64,000 bases of DNA from Sphaerodactylus townsendi (Eukaryota), in the NCBI RefSeq assembly GCF_021028975.2, contig NC_059425.1, positions 22,382,001-22,446,000 of the forward strand. The letters are read 5' to 3'. The translations under genes and the position numbers were made by a program. This document shows positions 12,540 to 24,829 of the stretch, piece after piece; positions within the stretch are counted from its first letter, which is position 1; every line of letters begins with the position of its first letter. Below the pieces are notes generated by a model. That model ran no database searches. It saw only the letters and a program-made list of their open reading frames with translations, and was not told the origin of the DNA.

Positions 12540-13005
12540 CTTTTCAGAATCTGGTATGAGGAGTGGCATGCAAGGGAGGGGAGTGAGTGAGAGGTGGCAT
12601 ACAAGTGAAGGGAAGTGAGGGAGGGGTGGTAGGGAGAGGGTGACATGCAAGGGGAGGGGAGGGAGCCTGGACATGAGCCACCTACCTTAGTGAAGAGAGA
12701 GGGAGGGGAAGGCCAGGAGGGAGGGTTGGCATGCAAGTGAAGGGGAGGGAGGGGAGGCATGCAAGTGAAGGGGAGGGTGGCAGTGAGTGAAGGGCAGCAT
12801 GCAAGGGAGGGGGAAGGAGGGAGGGGTGGCATGCAAGTGAAGGGGAGGGAAGGAAGGGATAGGGCGGCATGCAAGGGAGGGGAGGGAGGGGCTGGCGCCT
12901 GGACATGACCCACCCACCCTAGATGGAGAGGAGGAGGGAGGAATTACCATGCAAAGGGAGGGAGTGAGTGAGGGGGGTGGCATGCAAAGAGAGGGAGGGC
13001 GACTT
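12540..13005. repeat. Purine-rich degenerate tandem repeat (GGCATGCAAG(T)GAAGGGGAGGG units)
   Basis: Recurrent GGCATGCAAG plus G-runs; related array at ~16640-16880. Confidence 0.8.
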
Positions 13006-13838
13006 CCACTAAGGATCCAAGCATGAAATCTAACTCCTCGTAATATGCTTTTTTTTTCAATCACGGCTTTCGCTTTCATTTGAGTCTCAAATCCTGCCGT
13101 TGTTTCTCTGTTTGTATATGTTTTGTTTTCAGTAAGAAGTCCGCGAAGGATTTCTGATCTTTCAGGAAATTGTCTGTATTCTTGTCTCTTATAACCATCT
13201 ATGGTCCTCATGAGAAAGGCGGATTATGAATGAAAATATTAGTATTATTAATAATAACGTATATGGTGGTGGTAACTGCAAGACAACATCGGAAGAATAC
13301 TCGACCAGAGTGGAGGGAGGATGATCCGCCCAGAGCTATTGGGGCAGGGCTGCGGCTGCAGTTTGACTTCCACCTCCCTTCCCCACCCCCATCCGCGTGC
13401 ATCAGAAACAATCGGATCCTGCACAACCCACCCCAAATGAAAGACTCAGTAAGACTCAGTTCATTAAGAACACTTTATTATAAAGCAACATCAGGAAGTG
13501 AGCATTCAGTTTTCTGTTGTCAGAACTGAGCATACACAATAGCTCAAGCTTCTTGTCTTAATCCAATACGCTGTTTTCATTTAAGTCTTGAATCCTGCCA
13601 TTGTTTCATCTGGCATACCAAATCCTTCTAATGTTACCAGCGATTCATTTTTCAATGTCATCCATTCTCTTATCCAAATTAAAGCATTAACATCATGATA
13701 TAATTTTAAGTTTGGTACAAAACTTATAAAGTTGTCTTAATTCAATACGCTGTTTTCATTTATTTTCATTTAAATCTCGAATCCTGCCTTTGTTTCTCTC
13801 TTTTCAATATGTTATGTTTTCAATAAGTAATCCTTTAA

Positions 13839-14942
13839 GATAGAATAGAATAGAATAGAATCTTTATTGGCCAAGTGTGATTGGACACACAAGGAATTTG
13901 TCTCCGGTGCATATGCTCTCAGTGTACATAAAAGAAAATACATTTGTCAAGAATCATAAGGTACAGCACTTAATGATTGTCATATAGGTCTAGTAAGCAA
14001 TCAGGAAACAATCAATAGTAATAAAAACATAAAATGTAAAATCATAAAATAAAATGAAATGTCAGCACAGGCTATAGTCCATACCAGTCATAATTAGGGA
14101 GGAGATGGGTAATAGGAATGATGAAAAAAAGTAGTGCAGTAATTATATAATAAATATGCGCCATAATAAATAGTTTGACATTATCGAGGGATTATTTGTT
14201 TAACAGAGTGATGGCGACATAGGGGGAAAAAAACTGTTCTTATGTCTAGTTGTCTTGGTGTGTGCAGTGCTCTGTAGCTTAACGCGTTTAGAGGGTAAGA
14301 GTTAAGAAACAGTTTATGTCCAGGATGCGTAGGTCATTATTGGCTGCAAATATTTTCCACAGCCCTTTTTTTGACCCGATACGGTATACAGGCTGGTGTC
14401 CTCAATGGAAGGCAGGTTAGCAGCAATTGTTTTTTTTCTGGCAGTTCTGATTATTCTCTGAAGTCTGTGTCGATCTTGTTGGGTTGCAAGAACCAAACCA
14501 CACACAGTTATAGAGGTGCAGATAACAGACTCCAATGATTCCTCTGTAGGAACTGTATCAAGCAGCTCCTTTGGGCAGTTTGAGCTTCCTGAGTTGAAGT
14601 ACGAGAAAGGGCATTCTTTGTTGTGCTTTTTTAATGAAGCATTTTTGATATTAGGTGTCCATTTTAGGTCATGAAGAGGATATGATGGAGCCTAGAAATT
14701 TAAAGGTCTACTACTGTTGGATACTGTGTTGTCTAGTATTGTGAGAGGAGGTAGGATCGGGAGTGGTTTCTCCTGAGAATCTACCACCATTTCTCACCTG
14801 GTTTTAAGTGTGTTCAGTTCTAGATTGTTCCGAGTGGCACCCCACGAGGCTAGCTTGTTCAACCTCCCGTCTGTAGTACGGTTTCATCGTTGTCTCAGAA
14901 TGGTGAGACCAATCACTGTTAACTATCATCACTGTTGTATCC
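13839..14942 (-). mobile_element. Rex1/Babar-like LINE 3' fragment
   Basis: Peptide ESVICTSITV..ATQQDRHRLQRIIRTA.K.IAANLPSIEDL resembles the Rex1 RT C-terminus; (TTCTA)n tail at ~13839-13861; many small indels. Confidence 0.75.
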
Positions 14943-17329
14943 TTAATCGATAACGCCGCAACACATTCTCTCCTTGATTTGGTACAAAAATCTACTTTAG
15001 TACCACCGACCAGCGTTGTTGTACCTGGCTCGGGAAGTGATGCTTTCGCCAGAAGGTATGAATTTCTACATGATAAATCTTGGCATACTAACTTGGCACG
15101 CATAAATATCACTGCCTTTCCGCAGAATGATCAAATATGTATCGGGCCTATATGTTGAGCAGAAACTTCCACAATGTATAAAAGTGCGAACCGATTTTCC
15201 AGGAGGGCGTTTACATAAGATGTTCGAGAGACATCAGAACAAAGTTTACATCATAATTTCATTAAGATCGGCAAAATTCCGAAGCTCGGTATCAAATCAT
15301 CGAGGGATGGATTGAGGAAGAAAAGAAGTGGAGGATAAAAAAAAATGATATCGATTTTGACACAACATCCACACACGGCCCTGCTAGCACATCTCCAGTA
15401 GCATCACTTAAAAAGCAAGAAACAACCAGGATGGCTGTCAACACTGTTGAGAACCTGAAAAATATATATAAGAAGTTATGATAACTTTTTGGCCAAAAGG
15501 GCCTTCTCGATCCACTGGAACTACTTTGTGGGATCGGGGAGCAACGCCAGAGCCGGAGGGGCCCAACACCACAGCCAGCCCAGCCGAGGCCATATGAACC
15601 ACCCGTCCCTTCCCCAAAATTACGGCAATCTTGCTGCCTTGCGAATAGTCTGTTTCAGTTCCTGAAGACAGACGGTTTGAGTCACCATCACTGGGAAATT
15701 CCTCTCCGTTTTGTTTCCATCACTTTCATTGATTTTTGATTGCCAGGGCTCCTGACAGGCATTGGCACTGCTAATCTCCATTTCTCCACCCTATTTTTTC
15801 CCATGATCTGCCCTGCAGTTCCAGGTAACAGGGCTGATGCCAGAAGGATTTCCCTTTTCCTGCATTCTCCTGCCTTGTCTTCCGAAACCGAGAATCCATT
15901 GCTCAAGAAGGCTGGACATTTCAGACTGAAGAAGAAAGCATTGATTTGAAAGCAGCAGAAGGGGAAGAGCCTTATGCACATCGTCTAGCCCTTTCTCATT
16001 TCCATTAATAGAGAACCATAGAATCATAGGAGTTGGAAGAGACCACAAGGAGACCATCCAGTCCAACCCCTGTGCATTGCAGGAAGAGACACAATCAAAG
16101 CACTCCTGACATATGTTCATCCAGCCTCTGCTTAAAAACCTCCAAAAGCTTTCACATAGTGGCAAAAGACCACCACAGAGGGCGACAAATAGGTTTTCAA
16201 TAAGGAAGTCACCGAAAAGCGATTTCCTAGTCTCTTCTAGAAAAATTCTTGTCTCTTATAACCGTCTATGCTCCTCGTGAGAACGGCAGGCTACGAATGA
16301 AAATATTAGTATTATTAGCTATTATTAATAATAACGTATACACTGGTGGCAACTGCAAGACAACACTGGAAGGAGGCTTGGCCAGAGTGGAGTCACAGAG
16401 GGAATTCTGACTCTGGTTTGTTGTGATGGCTGAACAGAGCTGTGGTCATTGGTCCACTTCTGGAGGCCTCTGCAGCATAGAAGTGGGGGAATTTAACTAG
16501 TGGAAAATGATCACAGCCTGACAACTCTAAACCATGGTTAGTCCCAGTTCTCTCACAATTCTCTCAGCCTCACCTACCTTACAAGGTGCCTCTTATGGGG
16601 GATGGAGGGGCGGTGATTATGGGGAAGTTCGCTAGTGGACGAGAAGCAGAGAACCAAGGGTAGGGAGGGGGCCAGCATCTGGACATGGCCCCACCCACCC
16701 CTAGCCGCCGGAGGGAGGGAGGGAGGGAGGCGCGTGCCCATTCAAGGGGAAGGGAGTGAGGGGGAGGGGTGGCATGCAAAAGGGAGGGGAGGGGCTTCGA
16801 CATCAGGACATGGCCCACTCACCCCTAGCAAGGGAGGGGCCATGCAAGGGGAAAAGGAGGGAGGGTGGCATGCAAGAGGAGGGTGCCAGGGGCCTGGCAG
16901 AAATCTGGATATGGCCTACAAAGGGAACACTTTTAAAGCTGAAGTGGCACCAAACATTTACAGCAGGTATCATCCTGGGAGACTCCCTGTCGATGTGTCC
17001 ACCCTGAGTCTGGTAAAGTTTGGTGCCCCATCCCCCATTGTTTCCAATGGGAACTAACAGAAGATGGGGCTACCCTTTTGAGGGTCCATAACTTTGGCCC
17101 TCCTGAACAAAACTTCACTAAACTCAGGTGGTGTGATCTGGACAGTCTCTGGATGGGACCATGAACATCTGAAGCGCCAGAGTTGGACACTCAGGATAGA
17201 AACAGAGTAGTTTCAACACCACCACCCCGCCACACTCAAGGAGGCATATGAAAATCTCTTCTGAGGAATATTTGCGAAAGCTCTAATGAATAGTCTCTAA
17301 CAGAACTTAAAAGCCCGCTGGAGAGAGGC

Positions 17330-17760
17330 GTCCAGACGCGCACAACCATAGAGAACCTCCGGGAAGCCTAGAGTCTCCCTTCTATTGGACGTTCCAGGAA
17401 AGAAGAGCCAATCTATCCCTAAGAAGGTGATTGGCTAAGCGTCCGGAAGTGGGACTGCGCGAGGGCGCAGGCGCAGTAAGTGCCGCGTAGATTGGGCGGG
17501 AGTGACGGTTGGAAGACGGGCTGAGCGGTGAAGCAGCGGGGGGGGGCCCAGCAAAAAAAAAAAGTGGGCGGCGGGGGCAGGTGACGTGGCCTAGCCTGCT
17601 TCCCGGGCGGCGGGAGAGGGGGCGGGGCAGGCCGAGTGTGAAGGGCCGTAATGGGCTCCGCAGCCGGCTCTGACCGGTCCCAGCCGAGCCTTAGTCATCG
17701 TGATACCGCCAGGTAGCCTCGCCTCCCACATTCGCGAACGTCCTGGCCTACCTTGCGGGG
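17330..17760 (+). promoter_or_regulatory. CpG-island promoter and non-coding exon 1 of BANF1
   Basis: Several CCAAT/ATTGG boxes, CCGGAAGT (ETS/GABP) at ~17443, GCGCAGGCGCA (NRF1-like), GC boxes, donor CAG|GTGACG after 17580. Confidence 0.75.
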
Positions 17761-18289
17761 CGGGTTTATGGCTTCAATATTACCCGTTTTCTCATTGATA
17801 ACCACAAGAAGGCCGATAAAACCCAAATTTGTTATTAAAAGGATACTTGCTTCTGCATTTCCTTTCCGTATTTTTAAAAAGATGGCTGCTAACTAATTCT
17901 TGTAACGCTGCAGGTGCGCGGGTGGTGTCTGTTTGATGGCAGTTTTGTCCTTCACTTCCTCCAGGAGAGCTCAGAGTTCTTCCCTTTCTAGTACTTCCAG
18001 CAACCCCAGTCTAGGCAGAGAGGCACTTCGTTAGTAAGTTTCGTGGCTGGACAGGGATTTGAACCCAAGTTTCTCCGAGGTGATTTTTTAAAGAAAGTCT
18101 TATCATCTTGGCTTCTAATAATCCTTTTTATTTCGTTTAATTAATTTATTTAGGGGTGGACTTGGTTGCTGCTTGGTAATGGGTGAAATGGCGGGGCAAA
18201 AGTTTCTTTAAATAAAAGGATAGGAAAAAAATCATTTTGTATTTTTAATTGACATTGTGGAAATTGCTGGAAAAATGAAAACGCTACTT

Positions 18290-18760
18290 GGGGCCTTCTC
18301 TTTCTTGAAACGGATAACGTTGAGGAGACACAGCACACATAGCAAACAAATGATTCTGAGCTCCTGCTGGCCATCCTATCCTTGCTAATAGTAACAGGGC
18401 AGATCCTTGTAGATGTGGCACTTGAGGCATTGTATGCACACTGCATAAAGGCCCCAGCCAATTGTGGTGTCTGCCTGGCAAATCTTGAAGTGTATTTTTT
18501 TCTTCAAAGTAAGCATACCGCCTACAGATTTTCCAAGCAGGCTCAGCTGTGGCTCCAGCAGCCTCTGTTTTGTTCACATAATCTCTGCCTGATATTGATC
18601 TTTTTTTTACACCTGTTCAATGAATGTACACCAGTTCAACAACCTTTGCTCAATGTTGGGAGGCCTTGTAAGATGCTTCTTTTCCAAAGAGCTTGGCATT
18701 GATGTTAAGAATCGCCAACTGTATGTTGCTGGCTTCTAGTGTGTGTTGTCCTCACCACAA
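18290..18760 (-). mobile_element. Degraded RTE-like LINE 3' fragment
   Basis: Frameshifted remnants of a C-terminal Cys/His knuckle (...TRICP...RIG...H) and an upstream PYK/INAK-like segment. Confidence 0.45.
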
Positions 18761-21700
18761 GAAACATTACGTAGATAGTTCTTTTATAGTTGTCCAATTT
18801 CTTGTTGTTAGTTGGCTTCATCTGTTTGGGGATGTTCATTTGTATGGGGTTCTGTAAAAAGATCACAGGTGAAAGAGGGTGTATCAGAAGGCAGTTTGGA
18901 GGCCTTTGTGGCTTTCCATGAGAGATCTTTCAGAATTAGGGTGCTGCTCTAAGTGGACCCTAGGTCTGGTCCTGCACCTTAGTGGATGGTTCTCTTTTGG
19001 CTCTGTCTTGATTGCAGGGTGTATTCTTTGTAGTGGTTCTCACTGGTGCTTAGTATTGGTACTGTACTTTTGCCAGCAAGGCACTTTCAAGTCCAAGGAG
19101 AGGAAATTGGTGGAGATCCACAGCCTTGAATATGAATACCAGCGCTTTTCAATTTCCTTTTTAATACCCCAAAAGCAGGGTTCAGGTATAACAAGCATAT
19201 GGTGAAGGATCCAAAGCAGAAATATGTCAAGCTGCATTGAATCTCTCCCCTGGGGATTGGAAAATATTCTGAATTATGAGGTGTTGTCATCTAATTCTCA
19301 GGTGCTGGGCTTCATTAACCTGTCTATGTTTGGTTCACTTCTCTTTCTCATAAAATCCTCCCCTGTTCAACAGGCTCCGGCCTAGAGCATGTGGCATTTG
19401 CAGCCTCATATGTACAAATCATATGGGAATATTATGGGTGTGGCAAATTCTCTTTGCCCTTGGGATCCATGCCAGTAAAAGTAGGAAGGTTGAACAAAGG
19501 GTGGGGTAGCATAGACTCTTACACACTAAAACCAGAGCCAGAGTAGTAGTATAGAAGTGAATGTCAGACTAGAATCTGAAACACTTAGGTTTGAATCCCT
19601 AAACTGCTATGGAAGCATGCTTAGTAACCTTGGGCCAGTTTCACCCTCTCAACCTACACTACCTCACAGGGTGGTTGTTGGGATAGAGGGGAGATGATTG
19701 GTAAGCTGCTTTGGATCTTCATTGAGGAGGAAAGCAGAGTATAAATGAAGTAAGTTCAAAGGATTTTGTGATGCCTTTGCAGACAGACTTGGATTGAGCA
19801 TAATACAGCATAAAGGAAATTGCAGAAGTATGCTCAATTCTGCCATTTCTTCTCCCATAGTGTGTGTATATGCTTTCGTGACTGACTGCCCATGTTTCTC
19901 TCCAAGCATCCCTCTAGTCAGGAGGCATCCCAAGGTGAGGTTCTGGAAAGCAATTAGAATAGTGTATGTTGCCTAGGCTCTTGAGTTGCCAGGATAGTGT
20001 GTCAGTGCTTGCCGGCGAGGAAATGTGTTGAGTGACAACAGCCAGTTGCTGGACAGAGGAATGTGAAAAATTTCTGTTGGGAGGCTCAGAGCCGAATTAG
20101 TTACAGTAGCAGCTGGTTGCTCTGTTTGGAGGCAGGTTGGTGTACAATTGCATGGTGTTCCATGCATAATTGAACAGCAAAATGGTGAGCAGTGTAGAAG
20201 GCATCCCTGTGTTAGGTCTTGGCTCAAAGTTCAATAAGTGGACTGTAGATGCAGGATCAGTAGTCTTTATTGAGTTGGCAACAAGCACTCTAAACTGCAA
20301 GAAGCAAGTTTTGATGAGCTGGCTTCTACATCCTTATTTATCCCCTGAGTTTGCTCACTGTAAGCCCCCCTTCATTTTCCCTTAGAATGTGTAAAAGTAG
20401 AATGTGAACAGGAATGTTTTTGAAAGTGGCTGAGGCAAAGATAGTCAGATAATCTCCTGTTGGATATCGCTTCTTCCTCCTTCCCCCTCCCGAGTTATCT
20501 ACCTTTTCAAGCATCCATTACCCCATCGCAGGTGTGAAAACCATCGGCCCATGGCACCTCCATGACTGATGCCAGTAAAGGCAGGTGCCATTCCTGACAC
20601 TGCCCCATGCAGTGATTTGGGCTATCTGAAAATTTTTGAACTAGAACATTTTCTAGAAAACTTTGATTCAAAGTTAAACAGTTTAATTGCCTGGTATTAG
20701 CAAAAGAAGGCAAATGCATCATGTAGAAGCAATGGACTGTTCCATGTTTAGCCTATCAAATAGGACTGATTTGCAACACAACAGCCATAACAACTGAACA
20801 TTGGCACATGCGGCAGGAAATGGGAATATAGCATTGTAGTGTGAACTTTTGAAAAACACACCATTCCATATCACTGATTCCTCTTTGGGTATTTTCCCTT
20901 CATCCAGAGCGCAGTAGACAGGATAGAATTTGATATTAACCTTCAGTGCTTTTAAAAAAGTTTTGTCACCTCTTTGCTGCTTTTTACTACATTGCCATTT
21001 TATCTTTTTTGGTTGTCATTTTTAAAAAAATACTATTTTTGTGACTTATATGCCAGAGAGTTAGACTATGAATTCATGTATACAATTAACTTGAAGGTGG
21101 GACTGTGAAGAGGGTGAGCCGTTTGCCAGTAACATCCTTTACCTACATGACCCCTTCATTCTTGAAATTGAAGTTCCCACCCCCCTGCTTCTTACATGCT
21201 GTTTTGGGGCATAGCCATACCTGAAATATGTTCATAGACATTTCAAATTTATAAACCTATCTATAAATGTGTCTGGCTGGCTGCTAAAGCATAAAGATTT
21301 TGGGCCAAACAGGATGACTTGGGATCTGGTGTCCAGCACTGATTTTGTGTGTGTGTATTATTGTGTGGCGTCGCGATGCGTGCGTGCGTCGCGATGCGTC
21401 GCGTCGTAGAGAAACCTGCACCTGTAATGCAAGGTCTGCAGATGAAGGAAGAAGAATGTAAATGCTCTTGGTGTCTTTGCAATTTCTAAAACAAAAGGAT
21501 TGTGAATACATACATGTTGGATACATGTTGTTTTACAGTGGTCACTGATCAGCAGGGGGTGCTGTTGCCCTGTTGAATTGCTCCAATACTACATGTTGCC
21601 TTATTTAGCAGTACTGTAAGCAATGCCAGCCGTTGCCACCTTAAAGTCATTGCCTTATCTGGAGGCGGCAGCATTGATGCGTCAGAATCAGTGCCCAGCC

Positions 21701-22476
21701 GTAGCACACAGACCCCCTTTGTCTTTGAGGCGTGATGTTTGGAGAAGTCACAGCCACTTAACAATGGGCTAGGGTGTGATCAGAGACCAGTTCTTCAGAA
21801 GCTGGGTCCTTAAAGAGCATTGTTAAAATTACAGCTTGAAAACCCCTTCATCTGTTTTCTTTAAAATGGTTCTGTTATGTCTTTTGATCATCCCCTTTAA
21901 AACTCAGTGCAGCTTTTAAAAAATGATTTTTCATCTGGGGAAGGCACCACCATTAGCGCAATGGATTTAAAGGACCCACCACGTGAGATCTTGAATGCAC
22001 ACAATTAGCTGGTGATACCTTAGCAACCTAGATGTATTCCTGCCTAAGGAGCAAAGTTTTTATTTGAGAACAGCAATAGGGCTGCCTATACTCTCTGCCA
22101 TACATTCTTCTGTTTTCTGAAACACCCCATCTGAGTCATAGATAGGCATTTTGAGTGCAGTTACCTGCAGGACTCTTGCAATCCAGAGGAGACTGCCAGT
22201 TCAAGGAGACCTGACAGCATCATAGCTGCCTGGCTTAATCCAGGGTGGGGAATGTAGATGCCTAAAGCTTCCTTCCATGTGCACCTATTAATCTTTTCTT
22301 TCTTGGGACAGGCATCATGTCCGCTGTGAGATTTTTAATAGCAGCTGGCCTACTGGGTCTATAGTCATTGACTGATGTGTGACTGTAGTGGGTTATTAAG
22401 GTTCTGTCCGGCTCTATTTCTGATACCTGATTGATCCCTAGTTTTCTTCTTGCCTGCAGGCTGAGCAGCAGCCAAA

Positions 22477-24094
22477 ATGACCACCAGCCAGAAGCACCGG
22501 GACTTTGTGGCGGAGCCTATGGGTGAGAAGTCTGTCGGCACTCTGGCTGGCATCGGAGAGGTGCTTGGCAAGAAGCTGGAAGACAAAGGCTTTGATAAGG
22601 TATCTTCTGGGCCATTGGTTATGGGAGGTTAGCGGGATGGGGGATGAACCTAGCTGGGAGATTGTGGTTTAACCCATTCGGTAATTTGCTGCTGTTCTTG
22701 AGAGGTGGCTGCCGATTGACTGGCATAAAGCCTTTGCCAGGCCTGTCAGCTGTCAGGAAAGCCAGCCTACTTTCTACAGCTTGCTTTTCCAGAGCCTCTT
22801 GACTCTTGGTTTAGGGCATAATTGGAAGGGGCAAGATGCAGCAGCCTTCCTGAAGCTAAGTCCATGGGGGGACAGGATAGGATGCCTCCTTGTATACTGC
22901 CTGTGGAAAAAACAGGCGGCATGATAAGCAAATGTTATAGCTCGTTCTCTTACCACACAAAGTGCTTGTGAATGAAGAATGTTGAGATCCCTTCTGAAAA
23001 TCTTTCACGCCAAACCCTTTCACAGAGGAATCTTGTGCTGACTTATAAAAACTGACAGCCAGTGATGTGGTGCATATTGTTGCATTTTAGCTGTGCAGAT
23101 CTCTCCACCCTCTACACACTCCCAGTAATCTGGTATGACAGACAATGCTGAGGTAAATCAATAGCCCCAGGTGCTCTCGGGTATGACTTTGAGCCCTGGG
23201 CTTCTCAGTGAGTGCACTCTGTGATTTTCCCCAGCCATGCTACTGAAGCAAACACAGCTACGGAATTGGTTGCATAAGTGTTGCCAAACGCTGAGTCGAG
23301 ATTTACAAATATCGGTGGTTACAGAATGGAGATTTGTTCGATGGGTTTTTTGACATAGTCACGTGTCAAGAACCAGCTTTCTCCACTCACAATTTGTTCT
23401 TGCAATGACTCTGCCCTGCAGAGGTGGAGTCTAGGGTTTGAATCAAAGTGTTAAGTTCAACAGTATCTCAGCATGCTTGAAGAGATGGATTATTCGAGGC
23501 ATACTCCAAAGTGCAAAACCTCAGAAGATCCCCTGCTCCATCTGATCCTGCGGTGAATCGTCTTCTAGTATTTCTCAATGTATCTATCTCTATGGCTCTC
23601 TTTAGCTTCCAAGCAGCCGGCGTAATTTGCCTCCATTGTGTCTTCAACATGCACACACACCCCTGGCCCCTCCCTGTGTTCAGCACACAAACTGCTGCTC
23701 CTTGCCCTATTGGGCTGGAAGAAGCTGACAGAAGCAGTTTATGCACTGAGCCCTGGCTGATGCAGGAGAAGAGCAGCTGGGAAGGAAACCTGCATGTTTG
23801 GCCTCAGTTGGTGCCAGTACAGGTGGTTTACATGTACTAGAACAGAAAGAAATCTTGCAGTGACCAGCTTGGCAGGTGGATTTACAGCCCCCGGGGGCTC
23901 TCCATCCCCGCTGCTTACTCTACATATTTTATCCTTTCTGAACCTAGGCTTATGTGGTGCTTGGGCAGTTCCTGGTGCTGAAAAAGGATGAAGACCTCTT
24001 CCGTGAGTGGCTGAAAGATACATGTGGTGCCAACGCCAAGCAATCCAGAGACTGTTACGGCTGCCTGAGGGAATGGTGCGATGCCTTCTTGTGA
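22477..24094 (+). CDS. BANF1: Barrier-to-autointegration factor (BAF), 89 aa
   Basis: Exons 22477-22599 ([41 protein letters not shown]) and 23948-24094 ([48 protein letters not shown]), phase-0 GT-AG intron; near-identical to recalled vertebrate BAF. Confidence 0.98.
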
Positions 24095-24608
24095 ATGCTC
24101 TTGCTCAGAACCTCAGTGGATGCTGTTGGGGCTTTTGTAGTTAGCTAGAGGTTGAATCTTTTTCCCTTCCCCACTGTTTCTTCCTTGTGAAACTGCCAGC
24201 ATCTAAAATGTATCCCTGGGACGGTCACTCCTAATGCCAGAGAATTATTTTTGTTACCACAGTCTTTTAATCAAACATCTTTTCCTCCAGAGAGGGAGTT
24301 TAAAAGGGGGGGGCGGAGGGGGGGAATGTTCTGTTTTAAGGCTTTGTAGAATTGGATCTCCTTTGCGTGGCTTCGATAAATTCCCTTTTGCTATCAGGCC
24401 AGCTAACCATTGAAGCCTTATCTGCCTGTTGATTAAAGGGAGGCACTTTTTCATCTATAATTGGTCCGAGGATTAACTGTTTTGTGAAGTACTGTGTGGA
24501 TTTAAAAGAGAAACAACATCATTTGCAAACAGTATTTGATCCTCCCCTCTAACTTTTAATCCACTTGTTTAAATGTTCGGAACAAAAATCACTGTAAAGT
24601 TTTTAAAC

Positions 24609-24614
24609 AATAAA
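24609..24614 (+). terminator. Polyadenylation signal of BANF1
   Basis: AATAAA ~520 nt after the stop, followed by GT/T-rich sequence. Confidence 0.65.
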
Positions 24615-24829
24615 AATGAGCTGTGTTGACGTCCAGCCTTTTTTGAACATGAATTGAGGCAATTGCTTGTGGGGGGAAGGGTGTACTTAATGGGTTGCCT
24701 TCTCTGAACGGAGAATGGGATTGGGCAGGGTCCAAACTGTGCCCATATTCTGCGAATGTCCAATACGCAGTACCTACCCAAAGTAACAGAGTGAATGTTA
24801 ACTGTAAATTGCCACTGGTGTAAGCCTGT

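Noticed and set aside
12473-13211. Pro-rich ORFs and a CRISPR-like periodic repeat
   Set aside because: Low-complexity purine-rich repeat without unique spacers, in a vertebrate context
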